This document shows, piece by piece, positions 11,881-26,400 of a DNA stretch of 64,000 nucleotides (position 1 is the stretch's first letter; each line of letters opens with the position of its first letter). Under the pieces are notes generated by a model. That model ran no database searches and had not been told where the DNA came from. It saw nothing but the letters and a program-made list of their open reading frames with translations. This DNA is from Eledone cirrhosa (Eukaryota), in contig CAXHJY010000096.1 in assembly GCA_964016885.1 (NCBI GenBank), forward strand, positions 2,790,001 through 2,854,000. Reading direction: 5' to 3'. The position numbers were made by a program, and so were the translations under genes.

Positions 11881-14800
11881 GAGATAATTTTCAGCCGTCC
11901 AAGGGGAGATAATTTCCCGCCAGCCAAGGGAAGATAATATTTAAAAAAATCAGGCGGAGATAATTTGTAAAAAAAATCAGGGGGAGATAATTTGTAAAAA
12001 AATCAGGGGGAGATAATTTGTAAAAAAAAATCAGGGGGCGATAATTTGTAAAAAAAATCAGGGGGAGATAATTTGTAAAAAAAAATCAGGGGGAGATAAT
12101 TTGTAAAAAAAAATCAGGGGGAGATAATTTGTAAAAAAAATGAAAGGGGAGATAATATCCAGCCGTCCAAGGGGAGATAATTTCCAGCCGTCCAAGGGGA
12201 GATAATTTCCAGCCGTCCAAGGGGAGATAATTTCCATCCTTCCAAGGGGATATAATTTCCAGCCGTCCAAGGGGAGATAATTTCCATCCTTCCAAGGGGA
12301 TATAATTTCCAGCCGTCCAAGGGGAGATAATTTTCAGCCGTCCAAGGAGAGGTAATTTCTAGCCGTCCAAGGAGAGATAATTTCCAGCCGTCCAAGGGGA
12401 GATAATTTCCAGCCGTCCAAGGGGAGATAATTTCCAGCCGTCCAAGGAGACATATTTTCCAGCCGTCCAAGGAGAGGTAATTCCTAGCCGTCCAAGGGGA
12501 GATAAATTCCAGCCTCCAAGGGGAGATAATTTCCAGCCAGCCAAGGGGAGATCATTTGTAAAAAAAATCAGGGGGAGATAATTTGTAAAAAAAATCAGGG
12601 GGAGATAATTTGTAAAAAAAAATCAGAGGGAGATAATTTGTAAAAAATAATCAGGGGGAGATAATTTGTAAAAAAAATCAAGGGGAGATAATTTCCAGCC
12701 GTCCAAGGGGAGATAATTTTCAGCCGTCCAAGGGGAGATAATTTCCCGCCAGCCAAGGGAAGATAATATTTAAAAAAATTAGGCGGAGATAATTTGTAAA
12801 AAAAATCAGGGGGAGATAATTTGTAAAAAAATCAGGGGGAGATAATTTGTAAAAAAAATCAGGGGGAGATAATTTGTAAAAAAAAATCAGGGGTAGATAA
12901 TTTGTAAAAAAAAATCAGGGGGAGATAATTTGTAAAAAAAATCAGGGGGAGATAATTTGTAAAAAAAATCAGGGGGAGATAATTTGTAAAAAAAAATCAG
13001 GGGTAGATAATTTGTAAAAAAAAATCAGGGGGAGATAATTTGTAAAAAAAATCAAGGGGAGATAATTTCCAGCCGTCCAAGGGAAGATAATTTCCAGCCC
13101 TCCAAGGGGCTATAATTTCCAGCGTCCAAGGGGAGATAATTTCCAGCCAGCGAAGGGGAGATAATTTTTTTTTCAAAATCATTGGGAGATTTGTAAAAAA
13201 AATCAGGGGGAGATAATTTGTAAAAAAAATCAAGGGGAGATAATTTCCAGCCGTCCAAGGGGAGGTAATATCTAGCCGTCCAAGGGGAGATAATTTCCAG
13301 CCGTCCAAGGGTAGATAATATCCAGCCGTCCAAGGACATATTTTCCAGCCGTCCAAGGAGAGGTAATTTCTAGCCGTCCAAGGGGAGATAAATTCCAGCC
13401 TCCAAGGGGAGATAATTTCCAGCCAGCCAAGGGGAGATAATTTGTAAAAAAATCAGGGGGAGATAATTTGTAAAAAAAATCAGGGGGAGATAATTTGTAA
13501 AAAAAAATCAGGGGGAGATAATTTGTAAAAAAAAATCAGGGGGAGATAATTTGTAAAAAAAATCAGGGGGAGATAATTTGTAAAAAAAATCAAGGGGAGA
13601 TCATTTCCAGCCGTCCAAGGGAGATAATTTTCAGCCGTCCAAGGGGAGATAATTTCCCGCCAGCCAAGGGAAGATAATATTTAAAAAAATCAGGCGGAGA
13701 TAATTTGTAAAAAAAATCAGGGGGAGATAATTTGTAAAAAAATCAGGGGGAGATAATTTGTAAAAGAAAAATCAGGGGGAGATAATTTGTAAAAAAAATC
13801 AGGGGGAGATAATTTGTAAAAAAAAATCAGGGGTAGATAATTTGTAAAAAAAAATCAGGGGGAGATAATTTGTAAAAAAAATCAGAGGGAGATAATTTGT
13901 AAAAAAAATGAAAGGGGAGATAATATCCAGCCGTCCAAGGGGAGATAATTTCCAGCCGTCCAAGGGGAGATAATTTCCAGCCGTCCAAGGGGAGATAATT
14001 TCCATCCTTCCAAGGGGATATAATTTCCAGCCGTCCAAGGGGAGATAATTTCCCGCCAGCCAAGGTAAGATAATTTTTAAAAAAATCAGGCGGAGATTGT
14101 AAAAAAAATCAGAGGGGAGATAATTTGTAAAAAAATCAGGGGGAGATAATTTGTAAAAAAAAATCAGGGGGAGATAATTTGTAAAAAATAATCAGGGGGA
14201 GATAATTTGTAAAAAAAAATCAAGGGGAGATAATTTCCAGCCGTCCAAGGGGAGATAATTTCCCGCCAGCCAAGGGAAGATAATATTTAAAAAAATTAGG
14301 CGGAGATAATTTGTAAAAAAAATCAGGGGGAGATAATTTGTAAAAAAATCAGGGGGAGATAATTTGTAAAAAAAATCAGGGGGAGATAATTTGTAAAAAA
14401 AATCATGGGGAGATAATTTGTAAAAAAAAATCAGGGGTAGATAATTTGTAAAAAAAAATCAGGGGGAGATAATTTGTAAAAAAAAATCAGGGGGAGATAA
14501 TTTGTAAAAAAAATCAAGGGGAGATAATTTCCAGCCGTCCAAGGGGAGATAATTTTCAGCCGTCCAAGAAGAGGTAATTTCTAGCCGTCCAAGGGGAGAT
14601 AATTTCCAGCCGTCCAAGGGGAGGTAATTTCCAGCCGTCCAAGGGGAGATAATTTTTAAAAAAAAATCAGGCGGAGATAATTTGTAAAAAAAATCAAGGG
14701 GAGATACTTTGCAGCCGTCCAAGGGGAGATAATTTTCAGTCGTCCAAGGAGAGGTAATTTCTAGCCGTCCAAGGGGAGATAATTTCCAGCCGTCCAAGGG

Positions 14801-17799
14801 GAGATAATTTCCAGCCGTCCAAGGGGAGATAATTTTTTTTTAAAAATCAGGCGGAGATAATTTGTAAAAAAAATCAGGGGGAGATAATTTGTAAACAAAA
14901 TCAGGGGGAGATAATTTGTAAAAAAAAATCAGGGGGAGATAATTTGTAAAAAAAATCAAGGAGAGATAATTTCCAGCCGTCCAAGGGAAGATAATTTCCA
15001 GCCGTCCAAGGAGACATATTTTCCAGCCGTCCAAGGCGAGGTAATTTCTAGCCGTCCAAGGGGAGATAAATTCCAGCCTCCAAGGGGAGATAATTTCCAG
15101 CCAGCCAAGGGGAGATAATTTGTAAAAAAATCAGGGGGAGATAATTTGTAAAAAATATCAGGGAGATAATTTGTAAAAAAAAATCAGGGGGAGATAATTT
15201 CCAGCCGTCCAAGGGGAGATAATTTAAAAAAAAATCAGGCGGAGATAATTTGTAAAAAAAAATCAGGGGGAGATAATTTGTAAAAAAAAATCAGGGGGAG
15301 ATAATTTGTAAAAAAAATCAAGGGGAGATAATTTCCAGCCGTCCAAGGGGAGATAATTTTCAGCCGTCCAAGGGGAGATAATTTCCCGCCAGCCAAGGGA
15401 AGATAATATTTAAAAAAATCAGGGGGAGATAATTTGTAAAAAAAATCAGGGGGAGATAATTTGTAAAAAAAAATCAGGGGGAGATAATTTGTAAAAAAAA
15501 ATCAGGGTGAGATAATTTGCAAAAAAAATCAGGGGGAGGTAATTTGTAAAAAAAAATCAGGGGTAGATAATTTGTAAAAAAAAATCAGGGGGAGATAATT
15601 TGTAAAAAAAAATCAGGGGGAGATAATTTGTAAAAAAAATCAAGGGGAGATAATTTCCAGCCGTCCAAGGAGAGATAATTTAAAAAAAAATCAGGCGGAG
15701 ATAATTTGTAAAAAAAAATCAGGGGGAGATAATTTGTAAAAAAAATCAGGGGGAGATAATTTGTAAAAAAAAATCAGGGGTAGATAATTTGTAAAAAAAA
15801 ATCAGGGGGAGATAATTTGTAAAAAAAAATCAGGAGGAGATAATTTGTAAAAAAAATCAAGGGGAGATAATTTCCAGCCGTCCAAGGAGAGATAATTTTA
15901 AAAAAAATCAGGCGGAGATAATTTGTAAAAAAAAATCAGGGGGAGATAATTTGTAAAAAAAAATCAGGGGGAGATAATTTGTAAAAAAAATCAAGGGGAG
16001 ATAATTTCCAGCCGTCCAAGGGGAGATAATTTTCAGCCGTCCAAGGGGAGATAATTTCCCGCCAGCCAAGGGAAGATAATATTCAAAAAAATCAGGCGGA
16101 GATAATTTGTAAAAAAAATCAGGGGGAGATAATTTGTAAAAAAATCAGGGGGAGATAATTTGTAAAAAAAAAATCAGGGGGAGATAATTTGTAAAAAAAA
16201 TCAGGGGGAGATAATTTGTAAAAAAAAATCAGGGGTAGATAATTTGTAAAAAAAAATCAGGGGGAGATAATTTGTAAAAAAAAATCAGGGGGAGATAATT
16301 TGTAAAAAAAATGAAAGGGGAGATAATATCCAGCCGTCCAAGGGGAGATAATTTCCAGCCGTCCAAGGGGAGATAATTTCCAGCCGTCCAAGGGGAGATA
16401 ATTTCCATCCTTCCAAGGGGATATAATTTCCAGCCGTCCAAGGGGAGATAATTTCCATCCTTCCAAGGGGATATAATTTCCAGCCGTCCAAGGGGAGATA
16501 ATTTTCAGCCGTCCAAGGAGAGGTAATTTCTAGCCGTCCAAGGAGAGATAATTTCCAGCCGTCCAAGGGGAGATAATTTCCAGCCGTCCAAGGGGAGATA
16601 ATTTCCAGCCGTCCAAGGAGACATATTTTCCAGCCGTCCAAGGAGAGGTAATTCCTAGCCGTCCAAGGGGAGATAAATTCCAGCCTCCAAGGGGAGATAA
16701 TTTGTAAAAAAAATCAGGGGGAGATAATTTGTAAAAAAAATCAGGGGGAGATAATTTGTAAAAAAAATCAGGGGGAGATAATTTGTAAAAAAAAATCAGG
16801 GGTAGATAATTTGTAAAAAATAATCAGGGGGAGATAATTTGTAAAAAAAATCAAGGGGAGATAATTTCCAGCCGTCCAAGGGGAGATAATTTTCAGCCGT
16901 CCAAGGGGAGATAATTTCCCGCCAGCCAAGGGAAGATAATATTTAAAAAAATTAGGCGGAGATAATTTGTAAAAAAAATCAGGGGGAGATAATTTGTAAA
17001 AAAATCAGGGGGAGATAATTTGTAAAAAAAATCAGGGGGAGATAATTTGTAAAAAAAATCAGGGGGAGATAATTTGTAAAAAAAAATCAGGGGGAGATAA
17101 TTTGTAAAAAAAATCAAGGGGAGATAATTTCCAGCCGTCCAAGGGAAGATAATTTCCAGCCCTCCAAGGGGCTATAATTTCCAGCGTCCAAGGGGAGATA
17201 ATTTCCAGCCAGCGAAGGGGAGATAATTTTTTTTAAAAAATCATTGGGAGATTTGTAAAAAAAATCAGGGGGAGATAATTTGTAAAAAAAATCAAGGGGA
17301 GATAATTTCCAGCCGTCCAAGGGGAGGTAATATCTAGCCGTCCAAGGGGAGATAATTTCCAGCCGTCCAAGGGGAGATAATTTCCAGCCGTCCAAGGGTA
17401 GATAATATCCAGCCGTCCAAGGACATATTTTCCAGCCGTCCAAGGAGAGGTAATTTCTAGCCGTCCAAGGGGAGATAAATTCCAGCCTCCAAGGTGAGAT
17501 AATTTCCAGCCAGCCAAGGGGAGATAATTTGTAAAAAAATCAGGGGGAGATAATTTGTAAAAAAAATCAGGGGGAGATAATTTGTAAAAAAAAATCAGGG
17601 GGAGATAATTTGTAAAAAAAAATCAGGGGGAGATAATTTGTAAAAAAAAATCAGGGGGAGATAATTTGTAAAAAAATCAAGGGGAGATAATTTCCAGCCG
17701 TCCAAGGGGAGATAATTTTCAGCCGTCCAAGGGGAGGTAATATCTAGCCGTCCAAGGGGAGATAATTTCCATCCTTCCAAGGGAAGATAATATTTGAAA

Positions 17800-20700
17800 A
17801 AATCAGGCGGAGATAATTTGTAAAAAAAATCAGGGGGAGATAATTTGTAAAAAAATCAGGGGGAGATAATTTGTAAAAAAAAAATCATGGGGAGATAATT
17901 TGTAAAAAAAATCAGGGGGAGATAATTTGTAAAAAAAAATCAGGGGTAGATAAATTGTAAAAAAAAATCAGGGGGAGATAATTTGTAAAAAAAATCAGGG
18001 GGAGATAATTTGTAAAAAAAATGAAAGGGGAGATAATATCCAGCCGTCCAAGGGGAGATAATTTCCAGCCGTCCAAGGGGAGATAATTTCCAGCCGTCCA
18101 AGGGGAGATAATTTCCATCCTTCCAAGGGGATATAATTTCCAGCCGTCCAAGGGGAGATAATTTCCCGCCAGCCAAGGGAAGATAATTTTTAAAAAAATC
18201 AGGCGGAGATTGTAAAAAAAATCAGGGGGGAGATAATTTGTAAAAAAATCAGGGGGAGATAATTTGTAAAAAAAAATCAGGGGGAGATAATTTGTAAAAA
18301 ATAATCAGGGGGAGATAATTTGTAAAAAAAAATCAAGGGGAGATAATTTCCAGCCGTCCAAGGGGAGGTAATATCTAGCCGTCCAAGGGGAGATAATTTC
18401 CAGCCGTCCAACGGGAGATAATTTCCAGCCGTCCATGGGTAGATAATATCCAGCCGCCCAAGGACATATTTTCCAGCCGTCCAAGGAGAGGTAATTTCTA
18501 GCCGTCCAAGGGGAGATAATTACAGCCGTCCAAGGGTAGATAATATCCAGCCGTCCAAGGACATATTTTCCAGCCGTCCAAGGAGAGGTAATTTCTAGCC
18601 GTCCAAGGGGAGATAAATTCCAGCCTCCAAGGGGAGATAATTTCCAGCCAGCCAAGGGGAGATAATTTGTAAAAAAATCAGGGGGAGATAATTTGTAAAA
18701 AAAATCAGGGGGAGATAATTTGTAAAAAAAAATCAGGGGGAGATAATTTGTAAAAAAAAATCAGGGGGAGATAATTTGCAAAAAAAATCAGGGGGAGATA
18801 ATTTGTAAAAAAAAATCAGGGGTAGATAATTTGTAAAAAAAAATCAGGGGGAGATAATTTGTAAAAAAAAATCAGGGGGAGATAATTTGTAAAAAAAATC
18901 AAGGGGAGATAATTTCCAGCCATCCAAGGGAAGATAATTTCCAGCCCTCCAAGGGGCTATAATTTCCAGCGTCCAAGGGGAGATAATTTCCAGCCAGCGA
19001 AGGGGAGATAATTTTTTTTAAAAAATCATTGGGAGATTTGTAAAAAAAATCAGGGGGAGATAATTTGTAAAAAAAATCAAGGGGAGATAATTTCCAGCCG
19101 TCCAAGGGGAGGTAATATCTAGCCGTCCAAGGGGAGATAATTTCCAGCCGTCCAACGGGAGATAATTTCCAGCCGTCCATGGGTAGATAATATCCAGCCG
19201 CCCAAGGACATATTTTCCAGCCGTCCAAGGAGAGGTAATTTCTAGCCGTCCAAGGGGAGATAATTTCCAGCCGTCCAAGGGTAGATAATATCCAGCCGTC
19301 CAAGGACATATTTTCCAGCCGTCCAAGGAGAGGTAATTTCTAGCCGTCCAAGGGGAGATAAATTCCAGCCTCCAAGGGGAGATAATTTCCAGCCAGCCAA
19401 GGGGAGATAATTTGTAAAAAAAAATCAGGGGTAGATAATTTGTAAAAAAAAATCAGGGGGAGATAATTTGTAAAAAAAAATCAGGGGGAGATAATTTGTA
19501 AAAAAAATCAAGGGGAGATAATTTCCAGCCGTCCAAGGAGAGATAATTTAAAAAAAAATCAGGCGGAGATAATTTGTAAAAAAAAATCAGGGGGAGATAA
19601 TTAGTAAAAAAAATCAGGGGGAGATAATTTGTAAAAAAAAATCAGGGGTAGATAATTTGTAAAAAAAAATCAGGGGGAGATAATTTGTAAAAAAAAATCA
19701 GGGGGAGATAATTTGTAAAAAAAATCAAGGGGAGATAATTTCCAGCCGTCCAAGGAGAGATAATTTAAAAAAAAATCAGGGGGAGATAATTTGTAAAAAA
19801 AATCAAGGGGAGATAATTTCCAGCCGTCCAAGGGGAGATAATTTTCAGCCGTCCAAGGGGAGATAATTTCCCGCCAGCCAAGGGAAGATAATATTCAAAA
19901 AAATCAGGCGGAGATAATTTGTAAAAAAAATCAGGGGGAGATAATTTGTAAAAAAATCAGGGGGAGATAATTTGTAAAAAAAAAAATCAGGGGGAGATAA
20001 TTTGTAAAAAAAATCAGGGGGAGATAATTTGTAAAAAAAAATCAGGGGTAGATAATTTGTAAAAAAAAATCAGGGGGAGATAATTTGTAAAAAAAAATCA
20101 GGGGGAGATAATTTGTAAAAAAAATGAAAGGGGAGATAATATCCAGCCGTCCAAGGGGAGATAATTTCCAGCCGTCCAAGGGGAGATAATTTCCAGCCGT
20201 CCAAGGGGAGATAATTTCCATCCTTCCAAGGGGATATAATTTCCAGCCGTCCAAGGGGAGATAATTTCCATCCTTCCAAGGGGATATAATTTCCAGCCGT
20301 CCAAGGGGAGATAATTTTCAGCCGTCCAAGGAGAGGTAATTTCTAGCCGTCCAAGGAGAGATAATTTCCAGCCGTCCAAGGGGAGATAATTTCCAGCCGT
20401 CCAAGGGGAGATAATTTCCAGCCGTCCAAGGAGACATATTTTCCAGCCGTCCAAGGAGAGGTAATTCCTAGCCGTCCAAGGGGAGATAAATTCCAGCCTC
20501 CAAGGGGAGATAATTTCCAGCCAGCCAAGGGGAGATAATTTGTAAAAAAAATCAGGGGGAGATAATTTGTAAAAAAAATCAGGGGGAGATAATTTGTAAA
20601 GAAATCAGGGGGAGATAATTTGTAAAAAAAATCAGGGGGAGATAATTTGTAAAAAAAATCAGGGGGAGATAATTTGTAAAAAAAAATCAGGGGGAGAAAA

Positions 20701-22900
20701 TTTGTAAAAAAAATCAAGGGGAGATAATTTCCAGCCGTCCAAGGGAAGATAATTTCCAACCCTCCAAGGGGCTATAATTTCCAGCGTCCAAGGGGAGATA
20801 ATTTCCAGCCAGCGAAGGGGAGATAATTTTTTTTAAAAAATCATTGGGAGATTTGTAAAAAAATCAGGGGGAGATAATTTGTAAAAAAAATCAAGGGGAG
20901 ATAATTTCCAGCCGTCCAAGGGGAGGTAATATCTAGCCGTCCAAGGGGTGATAATTTCCAGCCGTCCAAGGGGAGATAATTTCCAGCCGTCCAAGGGTAG
21001 ATAATATCCAGCCGTCCAAGGACATATTTTCCAGCCGTCCAAGGAGAGGTAATTTCTAGCCGTCCAAGGGGAGATAAATTCCAGCCTCCAAGGTGAGATA
21101 ATTTCCAGCCAGCCAAGGGGAGATAATTTGTAAAAAAAAATCAGGGGGAGATAATTTGTAAAAAAAATCAAGGGGAGATAATTTCCAGCCGTCCAAGGGG
21201 AGATAATTTTCAGCCGTCCAAGGGGAGATAATTTCCCGCCAGCCAAGGGAAGATAATATTTAAAAAAATCAGGCGGAGATAATTTGTAAAAAAAATCAGG
21301 GGGAGATAATTTGTAAAAAAATCAGGGGGAGATAATTTGTAAAAAAAAAATCAGGGGGAGATAATTTGTAAAAAAAATCAGGGGGAGATAATTTGTAAAA
21401 AAAAATCAGGGGTAGATGAATTGTAAAAAAAAATCAGGGGGAGATAATTTGTAAAAAAAATCAGGGGGAGATAATTTGTAAAAAAAATGAAAGGGGAGAT
21501 AATATCCAGCCGTCCAAGGGGAGATAATTTCCAGCCGTCCAAGGGGAGATAATTTCCAGCCGTCCAAGGGGAGATAATTTCCATCCTTCCAAGGGGATAT
21601 AATTTCCAGCCGTCCAAGGGGAGATAATTTCCCGCCAGCCAAGGGAAGATAATATTTAAAAAAATTAGGCGGAGATTGTAAAAAAAATCAGGGGGGAGAT
21701 AATTTGTAAAAAAATCAGGGGGAGATAATTTGTAAAAAAAAATCAGGGGGAGATAATTTGTAAAAAATAATCAGGGGGAGATAATTTGTAAAAAAAAATC
21801 AAGGGGAGATAATTTCCAGCCGTCCAAGGGGAGGTAATATCTAGCCGTCCAAGGGGAGATAATTTCCAGCCGTCCAACGGGAGATAATTTCCAGCCGTCC
21901 ATGGGTAGATAATATCCAGCCGCCCAAGGACATATTTTCCAGCCGTCCAAGGAGAGGTACTTTCTAGCCGTCCAAGGGGAGATAATTTCCAGCCGTCCAA
22001 GGGTAGATAATATCCAGCCGTCCAAGGACATATTTTCCAGCCGTCCAAGGAGAGGTAATTTCTAGCCGTCCAAGGGGAGATAAATTCCAGCCTCCAAGGG
22101 GAGATAATTTCCAGCCAGCCAAGGGGAGATAATTTGTAAAAAAATCAGGGGGAGATAATTTGTAAAAAAAATCAGGGGGAGATAATTTGTAAAAAAAAAT
22201 CAGGGGGAGATAATTTGTAAAAAAAAATCAGGGGGAGATAATTTGCAAAAAAAATCAGGGGGAGATAATTTGTAAAAAAAAATCAGGGGTAGATAATTTG
22301 TAAAAAAAAATCAGGGGGAGATAATTTGTAAAAAAAAATCAGGGGGAGATAATTTGTAAAAAAAATCAAGGGGAGATAATTTCCAGCCGTCCAAGGGAAG
22401 ATAATTTCCAGCCCTCCAAGGGGCTATAATTTCCAGCGTCCAAGGGGAGATAATTTCCAGCCAGCGAAGGGGAGATAATTTTTTTTAAAAAATCATTGGG
22501 AGATTTGTAAAAAAAATCAGGGGGAGATAATTTGTAAAAAAAATCAAGGGGAGATAATTTCCAGCCGTCCAAGGGGAGGTAATATCTAGCCGTCCAAGGG
22601 GAGATAATTTCCAGCCGTCCAACGGGAGATAATTTCCAGCCGTCCATGGGTAGATAATATCCAGCCGCCCAAGGACATATTTTCCAGCCGTCCAAGGAGA
22701 GGTAATTTCTAGCCGTCCAAGGGGAGATAATTTCCAGCCGTCCAAGGGTAGATAATATCCAGCCGTCCAAGGACATATTTTCCAGCCGTCCAAGGAGAGG
22801 TAATTTCTAGCCGTCCAAGGGGAGATAAATTCCAGCCTCCAAGGGGAGATAATTTCCAGCCAGCCAAGGGGAGATAATTTGTAAAAAAATCAGGGGGAGA
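17800..22900 (+). repeat. Higher-order duplication, offset ~3466 bp, containing a nested ~744-bp duplication
   Basis: ORF offsets are 17912/21378 (3466) and 18899/22366 (3467). The private CCATGG variant is at 18433, 19177, 21899 and 22644. Confidence 0.85.
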
Positions 22901-23479
22901 TAATTTGTAAAAAAAATCAGGGGGAGATAATTTGTAAAAAAAAATCAGGGGGAGATAATTTGTAAAAAAAAATCAGGGGGAGATAATTTGCAAAAAAAAT
23001 CAGGGGGAGATAATTTGTAAAAAAAAATCAGGGGTAGATAATTTGTAAAAAAAAATCAGGGGGAGATAATTTGTAAAAAAAAATCAGGGGGAGATAATTT
23101 GTAAAAAAAATCAAGGGGAGATAATTTCCAGCCGTCCAAGGAGAGATAATTTTAAAAAAATCAGGCGGAGATAATTTGTAAAAAAAAATCAGGGGGAGAT
23201 AATTTGTAAAAAAAATCAGGGGGAGATAATTTGTAAAAAAAAATCAGGGGTAGATAATTTGTAAAAAAAAATCAGGGGGAGATAATTTGTAAAAAAAAAT
23301 CAGGGGGAGATAATTTGTAAAAAAAATCAAGGGGAGATAATTTCCAGCCGTCCAAGGAGAGATAATTTAAAAAAAAATCAGGCGGAGATAATTTGTAAAA
23401 AAAAATCAGAGGGAGATAATTTGTAAAAAAAAATCAGGGGGAGATAATTTGTAAAAAAAATCAAGGGGAGATAATTTCC

Positions 23480-26400
23480 AGCCGTCCAAGGGGAGATAAT
23501 TTTCAGCCGTCCAAGGGGAGATAATTTCCCGCCAGCCAAGGGAAGATAATATTCAAAAAAATCAGGCGGAGATAATTTGTAAAAAAAATCAGGGGGAGAT
23601 AATTTGTAAAAAAATCAGGGGGAGATAATTTGTAAAAAAAAAAATCAGGGGGAGATAATTTGTAAAAAAAATCAGGGGGAGATAATTTGTAAAAAAAAAT
23701 CAGGGGTAGATAATTTGTAAAAAAAAATCAGGGGGAGATAATTTGTAAAAAAAAATCAGGGGGAGATAATTTGTAAAAAAAATGAAAGGGGAGATAATAT
23801 CCAGCCGTCCAAGGAGAGATAATTTCCAGCCGTCCAAGGGGAGATAATTTCCAGCCGTCCAACGGGAGATAATTTCCATCCTTCCAAGGGGATATAATTT
23901 CCAGCCGTCCAAGGGGAGATAATTTCCATCCTTCCAAGGGGATATAATTTCCAGCCGTCCAAGGGGAGATAATTTTCAGCCGTCCAAGGAGAGGTAATTT
24001 CTAGCCGTCCAAGGAGAGATAATTTCCAGCCGTCCAAGGGGAGATAATTTCCAGCCGTCCAAGGGGAGATAATTTCCAGCCGTCCAAGGAGACATATTTT
24101 CCAGCCGTCCAAGGAGAGGTAATTCCTAGCCGTCCAAGGGGGGATAAATTCCAGCCTCCAAGGGGAGATAATTTCCAGCCAGCCAAGGGGAGATAATTTG
24201 TAAAAAAAATCAGGGGGAGATAATTTGTAAAAAAAATCAGGGGGAGATAATTTGTAAAGAAATCAGGGGGAGATAATTTGTAAAAAAAATCAGGGGGAGA
24301 TAATTTGTAAAAAAAATCAGGGGGAGATAATTTGTAAAAAAAAATCAGGGGGAGATAATTTGTAAAAAAAATCAAGGGGAGATAATTTCCAGCCGTCCAA
24401 GGGAAGATAATTTCCAGCCCTCCAAGGGGCTATAATTTCCAGCGTCCAAGGGGAGATAATTTCCAGCCAGCGAAGGGGAGATAATTTTTTTAAAAAAATC
24501 ATTGGGAGATTTGTAAAAAAATCAGGGGGAGATAATTTGTAAAAAAAATCAAGGGGAGATAATTTCCAGCCGTCCAAGGGGAGGTAATATCTAGCCGTCC
24601 AAGGGGTGATAATTTCCAGCCGTCCAAGGGGAGATAATTTCCAGCCGTCCAAGGGTAGATAATATCCAGCCGTCCAAGGACATATTTTCCAGCCGTCCAA
24701 GGAGAGGTAATTTCTAGCCGTCCAAGGGGAGATAAATTCCAGCCTCCAAGGTGAGATAATTTCCAGCCAGCCAAGGGGAGATAATTTGTAAAAAAATCAG
24801 GGGGAGATAATTTGTAAAAAAAATCAGGGGGAGATAATTTGTAAAAAAAAATCAGGGGGAGATAATTTGTAAAAAAAATCAAGGGGAGATAATTTCCAGC
24901 CGTCCAAGGGGAGATAATTTTCAGCCGTCCAAGGGGAGATAATTTCCCGCCAGCCAAGGGAAGATAATATTTAAAAAAATCAGGCGGAGATAATTTGTAA
25001 AAAAAATCAGGGGGAGATAATTTGTAAAAAAATCAGGGGGAGATAATTTGTAAAAAAAAAATCAGGGGGAGATAATTTGTAAAAAAAATCAGGGGGAGAT
25101 AATTTGTAAAAAAAAATCAGGGGTAGATAAATTGTAAAAAAAAATCAGGGGGAGATAATTTGTAAAAAAAATCAGGGGGAGATAATTTGTAAAAAAAATG
25201 AAAGGGGAGATAATATCCAGCCGTCCAAGGGGAGATAATTTCCAGCCGTCCAAGGGGAGATAATTTCCAGCCGTCCAAGGGGAGATAATTTCCATCCTTC
25301 CAAGGGGATATAATTTCCAGCCGTCCAAGGGGAGATAATTTCCCGCCAGCCAAGGGAAGATAATATTTAAAAAAATTAGGCGGAGATAATTTGTAAAAAA
25401 AATCAGGGGGAGATAATTTGTAAAAAATCAGGGGGAGATAATTTGTAAAAAAAATCAGGGGGAGATAATTTGTAAAAAAAATCATGGGGAGATAATTTGT
25501 AAAAAAAAATCAGGGGTAGATAATTTGTAAAAAAAAATCAGGGGGAGATAATTTGTAAAAAAAAATCAGGGGGAGATAATTTGTAAAAAAAATCAAGGGG
25601 AGATAATTTCCAGCCGTCCAAGGGGAGATAATTTTCAGCCGTCCAAGGAGAGGTAATTTCTAGCCGTCCAAGGGGAGATAATTTCCAGCCGTCCAAGGGG
25701 AGGTAATTTCCAGCCGTCCAAGGGGAGATAATTTTAAAAAAAAAATCAGGCGGAGATAATTTGTAAAAAAAATCAAGGGGAGATAATTTGCAGCCGTCCA
25801 AGGGGAGATAATTTTCAGTCGTCCAAGGAGAGGTAATTTCTAGCCGTCCAAGGGGAGATAATTGCCAGCCGTCCAAGGGGAGATAATTTCCAGCCGTCCA
25901 AGGGGAGATAATTTTTTTTAAAAAATCAGGCGGAGATAATTTGTAAAAAAATCAGGGGGAGATAATTTGTAAACAAAATCAGGGGGAGATAATTTGTAAA
26001 AAAAAATCAGGGGGAGATAATTTGTAAAAAAAATCATGGAGAGATAATTTCCAGCCGTCCAAGGGGAGATAATTTCCAGCCGTCCAAGGAGACATATTTT
26101 CCAGCCGTCCAAGGCGAGGTAATTTCTAGCCGTCCAAGGGGAGATAAATTCCAGCCTCCAAGGGGAGATAATTTCCAGCCAGCCAAGTGGAGATAATTTG
26201 TAAAAAAATCAGGGGGAGATAATTTGTAAAAAATATCAGGGAGATAATTTGTAAAAAAAAATCAGGGGGAGATAATTTGTAAAAAAAATCAGGGGGAGAT
26301 AATTTGTAAAAAAAAATCAGGGGGAGATAATTTGTAAAAAAAATCAAGGGGAGATAATTTCCAGCCGTCCAAGGGGAGATAATTTTCAGCCGTCCAAGGG

